From the NCBI RefSeq assembly GCF_009914755.1, contig NC_060926.1: a stretch of 64,000 nt of DNA. One strand, given 5' to 3'. This DNA is from the human T2T-CHM13v2.0 reference genome, Homo sapiens. Below, in pieces: positions 1 to 15,484 of the stretch (positions are counted from its first letter, which is position 1; the number at the start of each line of letters is the position of its first letter). The translations under genes and the position numbers were made by a program. The notes below the pieces were generated by a model. The model searched no databases. It was not told the DNA's origin and saw only the letters and a list, made by a program, of their open reading frames with translations.

Positions 1-54
1 TAAATATCCACCCAGAACAGGGAGAAGATAAAGTGCTGTGGTTACAAGCACAGA

Positions 55-581
<527 letters not shown>

Positions 582-1551
582 GGAAAGAAAGAGTGGGATT
601 TGCTTGGGAGCAAAGACAGAGCCAGATAACTTCTACGCAAACACAGCACATTGATTTAATTAGCCCCATCCTGCTTCAAATACTTCTAAGTCATTCTGGC
701 AAAACTCCATGAGGGTCAGTGACCTGGTAAAAATCGTGGAAGCTCAAGTTTCTTTATCTGAGGAGTTCAAGAGCTGGGGAAGGACGGGAATCACCCTAGG
801 TCAGGAGACCATAGGTATCAAAGAATAAACATCAACTGAGGCTTTACTATGGATCCCACCACCTCTTCATTTACTCAGTCAGTTTCTTGGGCATCTACTA
901 AGTGCCTGGCACTGTTCTAGGCACTTGGGGTTCTCCAGTGAATAAAGCAAAGAGGTCCCCAGCTCACTAAATAGCACAGCTTCCCAGTTGCTCAGTCCAA
1001 AACCTGTTGGAATCATTTTCTACTCTTTTTCTTGAACCTCACATCCATTTCGTCAGCAGATCCCGCTGTCTCTATTTCCACACTTTTCCAGAAACTGCCC
1101 CCTTCCCACCATCTTCACTGCTGCCGCTGGCCCAGGCCTCCATCATATCCCCACAGGGTCATCGCTATAGCTTCCAAGTGGCATGCCTGCCCCCGCACTT
1201 CCATGTCCCAGCACAGCACCTGGGTAATCTTGTCAGAACCTACACCTCCAATCCCTCTGCCGCTCCTCCCTCTCAGAGGAAAGGCGGAGTCCTCACCACA
1301 GCCCCTGGCTCCCACAGGCTGTGGCTCTTATTCCTTTTTGGGGTTCATCCCCTGCTACTCTATTCCCTCCCCCAAGCCTCACTGACCACCTTGCTGTCCC
1401 TCGGGCATGCCACAGCTCTGGGACTTTTGCCTTTGCAGTCCCCTTTTCTTGGAAGATCCATATTTCCTTGCCTCCTTCTCTTTGTCGGTGAGGCCTTCTC
1501 TGACTACCCAAATGAAAACAGGGATCCCAGGCCCACCCGGTACACCCCAGC

Positions 1552-1768
1552 CCCACCTCCAGGGTTCCAGCTATTCTCCTGCCTCAGCCTCCCAAGTAGC
1601 TGGAATTACAGGCACCCACCACCACACCCAACTAATTTTTGTATTTTTAGTAGAGACAGGGTTTCACCATGTTGGCCAGGCTGGTCTCGAACTCCTGACC
1701 TCAGGTGATCCACCCACCTCAGCTTCTCAAAGTGCTGGGATTACAGGCGTAAGACACTGCACCTGGAC
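1552..1768 (-). mobile_element. Alu, partial
   Basis: Antisense Alu lacking the tail end. Confidence 0.9.
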
Positions 1769-1828
1769 TGTTTCTCCATAACTCTTATCACCATCTGACA
1801 TCCTCCCTACCCCATATACACATTATGT

Positions 1829-1871
1829 GCACACACACACACACACACACACCCCTACATACACACACACA
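1829..1871 (+). repeat. (CA)n microsatellite, interrupted
   Basis: Direct reading. Confidence 0.9.
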
Positions 1872-2029
1872 TAGATGCCAGCTTCCTGAGGGCAGGGCTG
1901 TCCATTAGTCACCCTTGTATCTCCATGTCTATAAGGCATGGCACACGGTAAGTGCTCCATAAATATTTATGGGATAAAAGAATGAATGGTGTGGGCCAGA
2001 CTCTGTTAAGAGTGTTTTTTATTATTTCA

Positions 2030-2650
2030 AAAGTGCATACCAATATAAAATACTCAGTCCCTGTGGAAAACAATTTGGCAGTTCCTCAAAACATTAAACA
2101 TAGAATTACCATGTGACCCAGCAATTCCACTCCCAGGTATATCCAAGAGAATTGAAAACATATGTTCACACAAAACCTCCTACATTCATGCTCAGAACAG
2201 CATCATTCATAATAACTGAAAAGAGGAAACAACCCAAATGTCCATTCACTGATGAAAGGTTAAACAAACATGATCTACACAATGGACTATTATGCGGCCA
2301 TAAAAAAGAATGATGTACTGACGCATGCTGCAACTTGGATGAACTTTGCAAACATGGTAAGTGAAAAAAGTCAGTCGCAAAACGCCACAGAGTATATGAT
2401 TCCATTTAAATGAAATTCCCAGAACAGGCAAATCCATGGACACAGAAAGTGGATTAGTGGTTGCCAGGGGTTGGGCAAGGAGAGAGTGGGGAGTGGCAGC
2501 TCGTGTGCACTGGGTTTCTTTCTGGAGTGTTGAAGAGGTTCTCGAATTAGATAATGGCGACGGTTGCATAACTCTGTGAAGATATGAAAAGCCACTAATC
2601 TGTACACTTTGAAATGGTTAAAATGGTGAATTTTATGTAAAGTTTATCTC
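2030..2650 (+). mobile_element. L1M (L1MB/ME-like) 3' end
   Basis: 'ggaaaacaatttggcagttcctcaaaac...gacccagcaattccactcc', ending 'gaattttatgtaaagtttatctc' plus A-tail. Confidence 0.85.
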
Positions 2651-2719
2651 AAAAAAAAAAAAAAGTCAAACATACCTGCGGTAGGTATTCTTAACATCCC
2701 CATTTTACTGATGATAAAA

Positions 2720-3265
2720 GTGCGTGTCAGGGACCAGCTCTGCCAGGTGCCCAGCAACCCTGCACATCTCCACCGGGCTCGATGGCAACCTGACCTGCGT
2801 CTTGGTGGAACACCCTGCAACTCCTCATGGAGCAAGGGGCGTTAAGTGGCCCTGTGCATCGCTGCCGTGAGTGGTCTCACCTGCCTCCCCACCCTTTCGG
2901 AACTGCTGCAAGGCCATTTCTCATCGATCTTCCTAGTTTCTGTTGAGCGCAGCGCTTTCCTCCTCTCTCCCCACTCCCACAAGTTACGTCTGCAGGTGCC
3001 TGCTAAGTCTGTAGAGTGCTCGGTTGCAGTTGAGAGCTGGCTGCTGCACAGCAGGGCAACCCACTGTCCATGCCATCTGGTGTCCCAACCTTCCAGCCTT
3101 GTGTCCTCCTGTGGGACGAGGGACACAAGGAGCGACATGTCATGCTGATTTAGCTTTTGCTGTCTGCGTATGTAACAACCTGTCCAAATCCATGTGGCTC
3201 AATGTCTCCCTACAGACAAATCTATGGAAGTGTGGCTGGCCAGCCCCACAGCTGCAGGGGTAATC
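2720..3265 (+). mobile_element. ERVL-class solo LTR (MER54/MER74-like)
   Basis: Resembles recalled ERVL LTR motifs ('catgctgatttagcttttgctgtctgcgtatgtaac...'); subfamily uncertain. Confidence 0.45.
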
Positions 3266-5249
3266 TCTACGGCCCCGTTAGCCCCTGCTGCTTTGGGAAT
3301 GCTTGATGCTGAGATGAAATAAATGTTCCTGGGGCCCACCACTGCTGGAGGCAGGATCCCATCCCAGCTGGTCTGACTCAATTCAGACACAGTAAAAGCC
3401 ATCTGGCAGGTTATCTGATATGACAGTAAATTAAAATGAAGACAGTTCTAGAAAAGACGAGATTTGTTCTAAAGTTTTTCTTTCTGATCTCTTCAAAATT
3501 TCTGCCTTATCTTTACTACAACAATTCAGAGAAGTCAAGGAACTCCAAAGCCTCTCTTAGGGGCATTTAGACAGTCATCTTTGGGGAAATATGGGGCTAG
3601 GACACGTAAAGTCACTCGATGACTTTTAGAAATATTAGCCTGTGACCACATATACATTTCTTCAGGATTAGAAATTAAACTGGCAGTCTTTACACTATAG
3701 TTAAACATTGTCTCCAAAATTGCCCCTGCAGTTTCCAAAAGTTGAAAGCCCTCACCCATTAGGGACATTTGAGTCATGGCACCTTACCTAGGCCTTCTTC
3801 AACCACAACCCTGATCTTCCAGCTGCCTCTTCTGTCCTCAAGACAGAAGCTCGCCTAATCCTTGGAACAAGAGGCAGCAGATCCTGAGAAGTTTCTGCTT
3901 GTGTTTGTCGGCAAGGAGATGGCTTCAGCAGTGGTAGGGGCGTAGGCAGGGGCAGGGCTGCCCCCTTAGTCTGTGAGGCTGGTGATCGGCCACAGTGAAT
4001 TGGCTCCATATCCACGAAGAGGCAAGGAGGCTCTGCTCTAGTGACCCAGGTCCAAACCTGGGAAGCTCCAGATCTGGGACAAGCTCCAGATCAGGGCCAG
4101 GCTAGCCGTGTGACGTTGGAGCAGCTGCTTAACTCTGAGCCTGCCCCTCCTGCTGCACAAGTCCCTGCTGGCTGTGTGGATGAGCAGAAATAATGTCCAT
4201 GAAGGCATCACAAGGTCTCAAATGGAAGGCTCCAACAACTGGTTCAGTGAAAAAAAGGTTTGGAGAAAATACACATTTCCATGACCCCAACTGTGGAGAA
4301 ATCTTTCTGTCCTTCTAGCTTTAAGAGTAGCAGAGCACTGTCTGGTGAGGAACTTTTCCTCCCGAACAGTCTCAAAATCGAAGCTCTGAGCACACTGAGC
4401 CAGGCCTTCCCTCATCTCTTCCTCTTCTGCACATTTGCTCAACTGTGATCTGAGTCAAGCCAGCAAGATCCAAGCTAGTCTAGCAAAGCATTTTCCAAGC
4501 AGCCTTGGAAAGGGGTTGGCCTCGTGAGGACACTGATTCCTAATATTTGCAGTTGGCTTTGCAGAGCTCTCATTACAGCGAAGGTGTGAGGGTGTCTGTT
4601 GCCACCCGCTTTTGAGAGAGAGGCACTGAGCACTACAACAGCACAGCTAATGTTTATTGGACCCTTCGTTCGATCCAGGAATTTAGATGGACTATTTTAT
4701 TTAATTATTTCCATTAACCTGCTACCATTATCCCATTTTGGAAAGAACACAACGGAGGCCCAGGAGGGGTAAGGATTCTGTCCTGCAGTCCGAGGCCAGC
4801 AGGGCTGTGTTTCCCAGCACCGTGAGGGTCTTTACAGTTTGGGACCAAACAAGGGTGAAGTTCAGGACGGGGCCACGTGAGGGCGGTGGACTAACATGAA
4901 ACAGAAAAGCAATCCGTTGCCCAAACGCCGGACAACTCCCAAAGGTCCTTGTTAACATCTATTTGATTTCTATTTATTTTCCAGGCAGCTGTGGGAATTG
5001 GGTAAAAGTGTGGTGTCTGGGGCCAGACTGCCTGGGGTCGATGCTGCCTCCATTATTTACCGACTGTGTAATCCCAGGAAAATTAGTTACCCTTCCTGTT
5101 TACCCTCCCTGAGCTTGCTTCTGCCTCTGTAAAGTGGCCCAGTTAGCAACCGGCAGGCCAGGACTCCAGAGCTACGGAGGACAAGTGGTGGCGCGATTAT
5201 CGTAGCGAGCAGCACGGTGGGAGTGGCGCTAACGGTCAGTTCAGAAGAC

Positions 5250-6110
5250 ACTTCTGGAGATGGTTAATAGAACTTGGTATAAACAAACGGCGAAATACTT
5301 GCATTAGCCAACAGAGTGCTATTCAAATTGAACCATCAAAAGAAATCAAGGATGGGTGATGATGAAGCTGAGGATAGTTGCTCCAATAAAAAGTCGCTCT
5401 CCTTTGCCCAGTTTCTACACTGGGTCAGTTTTTGAACCCAGAACCCACTGATTGAAGCAGCGCCTGCAACTCCAGCAGGAAGAATCCTGCGACACGTGGC
5501 AATTGAACATGTAATGACTCCTTCAGGCCTTCCCTCAAAGGGACCTAAGACTATTTACTTGGGTAATTGAGCACTGGGGAAAAAAAATACTAAACATCTT
5601 GAGGACAATTAGACACAGACTTATAGTAGATATGAATAACCTTAGATCCCAAGTGTAATCATGGCCCCTGTTAGAATTAGGCACATACAGGCTGGGCACA
5701 GTGGCGCATACCTATAATCTCAGCACTTTGAGAGATTAAGAGGGGAGGATCACTTGAGGCCAGGAGTTGGAGACCAGCCCGGGCAGTATAGGAAGAACCT
5801 ATCTCTACAAAAAATTTTAAAATTAGCCAGGTGTGGTGGTGCACGCCCGCAGTTCCAGCTACTCAGGAGGCGAGGCGGGAGGACCACTTAAACCCAGGAG
5901 TTCAAGGCTGCAGTGACCTATGATCATGTCAGGGTACTCCAGCCCAGCCTGGGCCACAGAGCAAGAAGCTGTCTCTAAAAACAAAAAACAAAAAACAAAA
6001 AAACGGAATAAGAGCATATAGCGACTAGGTATAAATGGAGTTCTGGCTAAACTCCAGCTCAGAATATGTCCATTGAGCAGTGGGCATTTCCTCAGTTCCC
6101 AAATGTATAT
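5250..6110 (+). mobile_element. ERVL internal fragment (gag/protease region) split by an AluJ
   Basis: 'gaacccagaacccactgattgaag', 'caaagggacctaagactatttacttgggtaa', degenerate protease LDT motif 'ttagacacag', 'ataaatggagttctggct'. Confidence 0.6.
5690..6003 (+). mobile_element. AluJ
   Basis: Diverged dimeric Alu with AluJ-type right arm. Confidence 0.9.
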
Positions 6111-6334
6111 GAAATAGAGATTCTTGGTAGTTGGCCTAATCTCAACAGTTCTTTTCATTATAGCAGTTTGAATGGGTGTGTAGTGGTTCTCAATGTGGAT
6201 TAAATTTGCTTTTCCAAATTGACTATATTGAGCATCTTTCATGTGCTTATAGTTATTTGTATATCCTCTTTGGTGAAATGTCTATTTTGTACATATTTTA
6301 ATTGGGTTGGCAGTTTACCTTGTTACTGAATTGA

Positions 6335-7130
<796 letters not shown>

Positions 7131-7216
7131 TCAGGGTTGAATTCTTTATATATTCTGGATACAAGTCCTTATCACATATATACTGTGCAAATAATTTTTC
7201 CCAGTCTGTGGCTTAG

Positions 7217-7858
<642 letters not shown>

Positions 7859-7897
7859 TAATGGCATCTTTCACAGAGAAGTTTTTAATTTTAATGA

Positions 7898-8502
<605 letters not shown>

Positions 8503-9561
8503 TGAGCAACCACCACTTCTATTTCTAAAACATTTTCATCACTCCAGAAAACCCACTCAGTGATTACTCTCCATTCTCTCTTCCCCACAACCCCTGACAA
8601 CCACCAATCTGGTTTGTTTCTATAGATTTACCTATTCTGTACATTGCATATAAATGGAATCATACAATATGTGACCCTCTGTTCTTTTACTTAGCATGTT
8701 CTCAAGGTTCATCCATGTGTACCATGTATCAGTACTTCATTCCTTTTTCCTGCTGAATATCCCAGTGCATGTGTGTCCCTCGATTTGTTTCTCCATTCAT
8801 CCACTGAGGGACATTTGGGTGGTTTTTACCTTTAGGCTGTTGTGAATAACACTGCTATGAACACATGCATACAAATATTAGTTTGACTACTTTTTTTCAG
8901 TTCTTTCAGGTAAATGCCCAGGAACGGAATGGCTGGGTCAAATGATCATTCTATGTTTAACTTTTTGAGGATCTGCCAAACTGCTTTCCACAGTGGCTGC
9001 ACCATTTTACATTAATCCCAGCAATATGCAGGGATTCCAATTTAGGTTTTTAAATCAGAAAAACTTTCTCATCAACACTTGCTATTTTCTGGTGTTTAAA
9101 AATTATTCTCGTACTAGTAAATATGCAGTGGTATCTCACTGTGGTTTTTGGTTTGCGTTTTCCTAATGACTAATGATGTTGAACATCTTTCCATGTGCTT
9201 ATTGGTCATTTGTATCACTTCTTTGGAGAAATGCCTATCCAAGTCCTTTTGCTCATTTTTGAATTGGGTTGTTTGTCTTTTCGCTTTTGAGTTCTAAGAG
9301 TTCTTTATGATTTGCAAACATCTTCTACCATTCTGCAAGTTGTCTTTTTACTTTCCTCATAATGTCTTTTGATACACAGAAACTTACAGTTTTCATAGTT
9401 CAATTTATCTATTTTTTCTTTTGTTGCTCATGCTTTTGTTGTCACATTTGAAAATCCACTGGCAAATCCAAGGTCATGAGACTTCCCATATGTTTACTTC
9501 TAAGAGTTTTATAGTGTTATCCCTTCTAGCCAGGTTGTTGATCCACTTTGAGTTAATTTTT

Positions 9562-9998
<437 letters not shown>

Positions 9999-10146
9999 TT
10001 TGAGTTAATTTTTGTATATTGTATGAGATAAGAATGAAAAAACTCATTCTTTTGTATGTGGATTTGTTGAGCAACATTTGTTAAGGAGACAGTCTTTCCT
10101 CAGTTGAATGGTCTTGTTACATATGTTAAAAATCAATTGACCCTAA

Positions 10147-10551
<405 letters not shown>

Positions 10552-12300
10552 GATTACTGTAGCTCTATAGTTAGTGTTTAAATCAGAAAATATGAGTCCT
10601 CCAACTTTGTTCTTCATTTTCAGTATTGTTCTGGCTACTCAATGTTTCTAAAAATATCATATGAATTTGAGAACTGGCTTTCCCATTTCTTCAAAAAAAA
10701 ATAGGCAGAATTTTAATAGAGATTGCAGTGAATCTCTAGATAGCTTTGGGTAGTACTACCATCTTAAGGGTAAGTCTTCCAATTTATGCACATGGGATGT
10801 CTTTCCACTTATTTAGGTCTTCCTTAAGGTCTTTCAGCAATGTTTTATGGTTTGCAATATACAAGTCTTTCACTTCCTTGGTTAAATTTATTCCTAGATA
10901 TTTTATTCTTTTAGAAGCTACTGTAAATTGAATTATCCATAATAGCATATAGAAACACAACTCATTTTCATGTGTTGATTTTGCACCCACAAGTTGCTAA
11001 AATTGTTTATTAGCAATAGTAGTTTTGTGACTTACTTGGGATTTTCCAAATATAGGATCATGTCATCTGCAAATACAGATAGTTTTACTTCTTCCTTTTT
11101 CAATTTGGGTGGTTTTCATTACCTTTTCTTGCCCAATTGCCTGGCTAGAACTTCTAGTACAATGTTGAATAGTCGTGGTGAAAATGGACATCATGTCTTG
11201 TTCTTGATCTTAGAGGAAAGCTTTCAGTCGTTCACCATTGACTATGATGTTAGCTGTGGGTTTCTCAGAAATGCCGTTTATTAGATTGAGAAATTCCCTT
11301 CTATCCCTAGTTTTCTGAGTGTTCTTACCATGAAAGGTGCTTGGATTTTGTGAAATGTTTTTTTGATCATGATCTCATGATTTTCTTCTTTTGCTCTATT
11401 AATGTGGTATATTACACTGATTGATTTTTTTTTTATGTTGAACCACCCTTTCATTCCTGGGATAAATCTGACTTGGCCATGGTGTTTTAATATGCTCTTG
11501 GATTCAGTTTGCTAGTATTTTGTTGAGGATTTCTGCACCTATGTTCATAAGGGCCACCCTCTATAGTGTTCTTTTCTTGTGGTGTCCTTGACTTGCTTTG
11601 GTATCAGGATAACACTGACCTCATAAGATGAATTAAAAAGTGTTCCCTCTTCTAAATTTTGGAAGAGTTTGAGAGGTACTGGCATTAGTTTCTCTGTATT
11701 TGTAGAATTCACCAGTGAAGCTATCTGGCCCTGGACTTTTCTTTGTTTGGAAGTTTTTGATTATTAATTCAATCCCTTTAATTGTTATAGGTCTGTTCAG
11801 ATGTTTTATGTCTTCTGAGTAAGTGTGGTAGTTTGTGTTTTTCAAAGAATTTGCCCATTTTACCAAGGTTATTTAACTTATTAGTGTACAATTATTCATA
11901 GTATTTTCTTATGATCCTTTTTAGTTTTGTAAAGTCAGTAGTAATACCCACACTTTTGTTCCTGATTTTAGTTATTTGCATCCTCTATCTTTTTTCTTTG
12001 TTGGTGTAGCTAAAGGTTTGCCAGTTTTGTTGATCTTTTAAAGAACCAATCTTGGTTTTAGTGGTTCTCTCTATTGTTTTTCCATTCTCGATTTCATTTA
12101 TCTCCATTTTTTTATTATTAATTTCTTATGCTAGCATTGGGTTTAGTTTGCTCTTCTTTTTCTAAGTTTCTTGAAAAGTTGGGCTAGGTTATTAATTTGA
12201 GATCTTTCTTCTTTTTTAATGAGGTCATTAACTATTATAAATTTCCCTCAAAACACTGCATTTCATAAGTTTTGATGTATTGTTTATATATATATATATA

Positions 12301-12606
12301 TTTTGTTGTTGTTTGTTTGTTTTTGGAGTCAGGATCTTATTCTGTTACCCAGGCTGGAGTGTAGTGACAAGATCTTGACTCACTACAAACTCCCCCTCCC
12401 AGGCTCAAGCAGTCCTCCTACCTCAGCCTCCTCAGTAGCTGGGTCTACAGGCATGTGCCACCACGCCCGGCTAATTTTTTGTATTTTTGGTAGAGATGGG
12501 TTTCACTATATTGCTCAGGCTGGTCTTGCACTCCTGAGCTCAAGCAATCCACCACCTCGGCCTCCCAAAGTGCTGGGACTACAGGTGTGAGCCACTACAT
12601 CCAGCC
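12301..12606 (-). mobile_element. AluJ
   Basis: Diverged dimeric Alu. Confidence 0.9.
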
Positions 12607-12666
12607 TGTTTTTATATTTTTCATTCATCTCTAAGTATTTTTAAATTTCCTTTGTGATTTCTTCTT

Positions 12667-12717
12667 TTTTTTTTCTGGGCACCCCCCGAACCAGAACAGG
12701 TTCAGAGCAACTCCCAA
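12667..12717 (-). mobile_element. Tiny (43 nt + A8) L1-mediated retrocopy with 13-bp TSD
   Basis: TSD gtgatttcttctt at 12654-12666 and 12718-12730 flanking a T-run and a GC-rich 43-mer. Confidence 0.8.
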
Positions 12718-12972
12718 GTGATTTCTTCTTAAACAACCATTGGTTAAGAGTAAGTTTAATTTCCACATATTCGTGACTTTTTCAGTTTTCTTTCTGTGAT
12801 TCATTCTTATTTTTATTCCATTGTATTCAGAAAAGATATATTGTATGATAATTCAATCTTTTAAAATTTATTAAGACTTCTTTTGTGGCCTAGCAGAGGT
12901 CTATCCTGGAGAATGATCTATATGCACTTGAGAAAAATGTGTATATGCATACACATATGTTTCTATACATAA

Positions 12973-13300
<328 letters not shown>

Positions 13301-13884
13301 CATTTTAACCATTTTTAAGTGTACAGTTTAATGGTATTACAATGTTATCCAACCATCACTATCCATTTCCAGAACTTTTTCATCATCGCAAACAGAAACT
13401 CTGTACCCATTAAAAAATAACTCCCTGTTATCCCCTCCCCTCAGCCCCTGGTAACTTGTATTATACTTTCCGTCTTTATGAATTTGCTTTTTAGTGGTAC
13501 CCCAAGCTATGCCCTGGTCCTTCCTGGGGAGGGAGACAGGGCCATTCCACACAGACAGAACAGCCCGCCACAGCACTGTTATGAGCGCCAGGTACGAACC
13601 AGGCTTGTGGAACCTGTTATCTCTGGTCCCATTTCAGGCTTAGGGTTTCTTTAAGTTGTGATTAAAAAAAAAAAAAAAAAAGACAGAAAATAGAATTTGG
13701 GAGTAGATAACTTCTTGGGGAATTAATGTCGGGAGAATATAGCTGCCATCATTGCCAGGCTCACCTCACGCCTCCTGTCATTTTATGATCTGGCCTGCGA
13801 CCCCTCACCCATAGTCAGGCTCTTATTCTAGGACCCACCTCCCAAGACAGACCTTGTTAATAACAGTCAAGAAGGCTTTTCAGC

Positions 13885-14047
13885 ATTTTTTAAATTTACT
13901 TGTTTGTTTATTACAGACAGGGTCTCACTATGCTGCCCAGGCTGGTCTCAAACTCCTGGTCTCAAGCAATTCTCCCACCTGGCCTCCCAAAATGCTGGGA
14001 TTACAGGCGTAAGTCACCAGGTCCAGTCCCAGCATTCATGTTTAAGA
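13885..14047 (-). mobile_element. FLAM / Alu left monomer
   Basis: Single Alu arm. Confidence 0.8.
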
Positions 14048-14059
14048 TTTATCATGCCA

Positions 14060-14205
14060 GGCAAGGTACTAAACGCTTTGCAGTCACCACCACAATATCT
14101 CATGGGATCTTCCTGACAAGTCTTTGAGGAAGGCATTATCATCCCATCCTACAGATAAAGAGACTAAAGGTCAGAGAGGTTGATCATTGCCCCAGGACAC
14201 TAGTT
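14060..14205. mobile_element. MIR fragment
   Basis: 'attatcatcccatcctacagataaagagactaaaggtcagagaggtt'. Confidence 0.7.
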
Positions 14206-15142
14206 AAACAGATGAACAGATGCTCCTTTCGGAAACCATCTCTAGAATAGCCCTGATGCTCAGACAGAAAGCATCACAAGGAAGTACTCTATCTAGCTAG
14301 CTGTCTTCTCTCTCTTGGCTGTCTTGTTCCCAAACTCTGGCCTTCATGTGACCCCAGCCCTGCCTCTTCTTCTATGAGGAAGACCCCTTACCATTACACA
14401 TCCCCTTTCACTGCCCCTGGCTCTGCCCGCAGTCCCCCTCCCTGGTCATACCAGAAAGCAGTCTTTGCAGCCTGAGCCCAGCCTGATTCTTCACTAGTGA
14501 CAACTGAATCCTTAAGAATCTTCAAGTTCGTCTCTGTCCCAAGAGAAGCAGGGCAGGGCTGAGAAAGGATGATGACAGAGATTGGGTCCTTGGGAGGGAA
14601 CCGCAGACTTCACCGGCAGGGAGAGGACTTTGCACCCAGAGAGGGAAGCCTGGGACTTGGTCCTAGACCATGGCCCATGGCAAGAGGTCAGCACAGCTTG
14701 TGGAGCTACAGGCCTGTGTGGTGCTGTTGGAGGACCAGGCAAGCTGCAGTCAGGGTCCTAGGGCCTTAAGGTGGCCCAGGGAAGGATTCAGTACACTGGG
14801 AAGTCAGATGGGAGGGCAGCTGGGGTGTGCATGGCCTGTCCACAGGCTCTGCTTGTCCTCAGGATGGAGCTTACAGGCAGAGGACACAGGTGGCTGAAAG
14901 TGCACAGGACCTGCCCAGGAGCCTCGGAGTTGGGCAGTGTCCTGGGCCAATAGCTTGGAGTAGGAACTGAAACCAGCACAAATTCTCACATCTGGACCCT
15001 GTGGTCGGAAATGCGTAGGAAGAGATGGAGGCAGGGGCTGAGATGGGAGCCACTGGACCTTACGACTCACTGGCCTCCTTTCTCAGGCAGCTGAGTTTTA
15101 AATTTTATTTAACAAATATTTATTTAAGATTTACTGTGTATC

Positions 15143-15484
<342 letters not shown>

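Larger units (their letters stand above)
865..1990. mobile_element. L2 LINE fragments, interrupted by a partial Alu and (CA)n
   Basis: L2-like motifs 'catctactaagtgcctggcactgttctaggcacttggg', 'ccagttgctcagtccaaaacct', 'gtaagtgctccataaatatttat...aatgaatg'. Confidence 0.6.

Noticed and set aside
1007-1708. 233-aa ORF
   Set aside because: TTG start; composed of decayed L2 plus antisense Alu (SCLSLPSSW...); no recognisable domain
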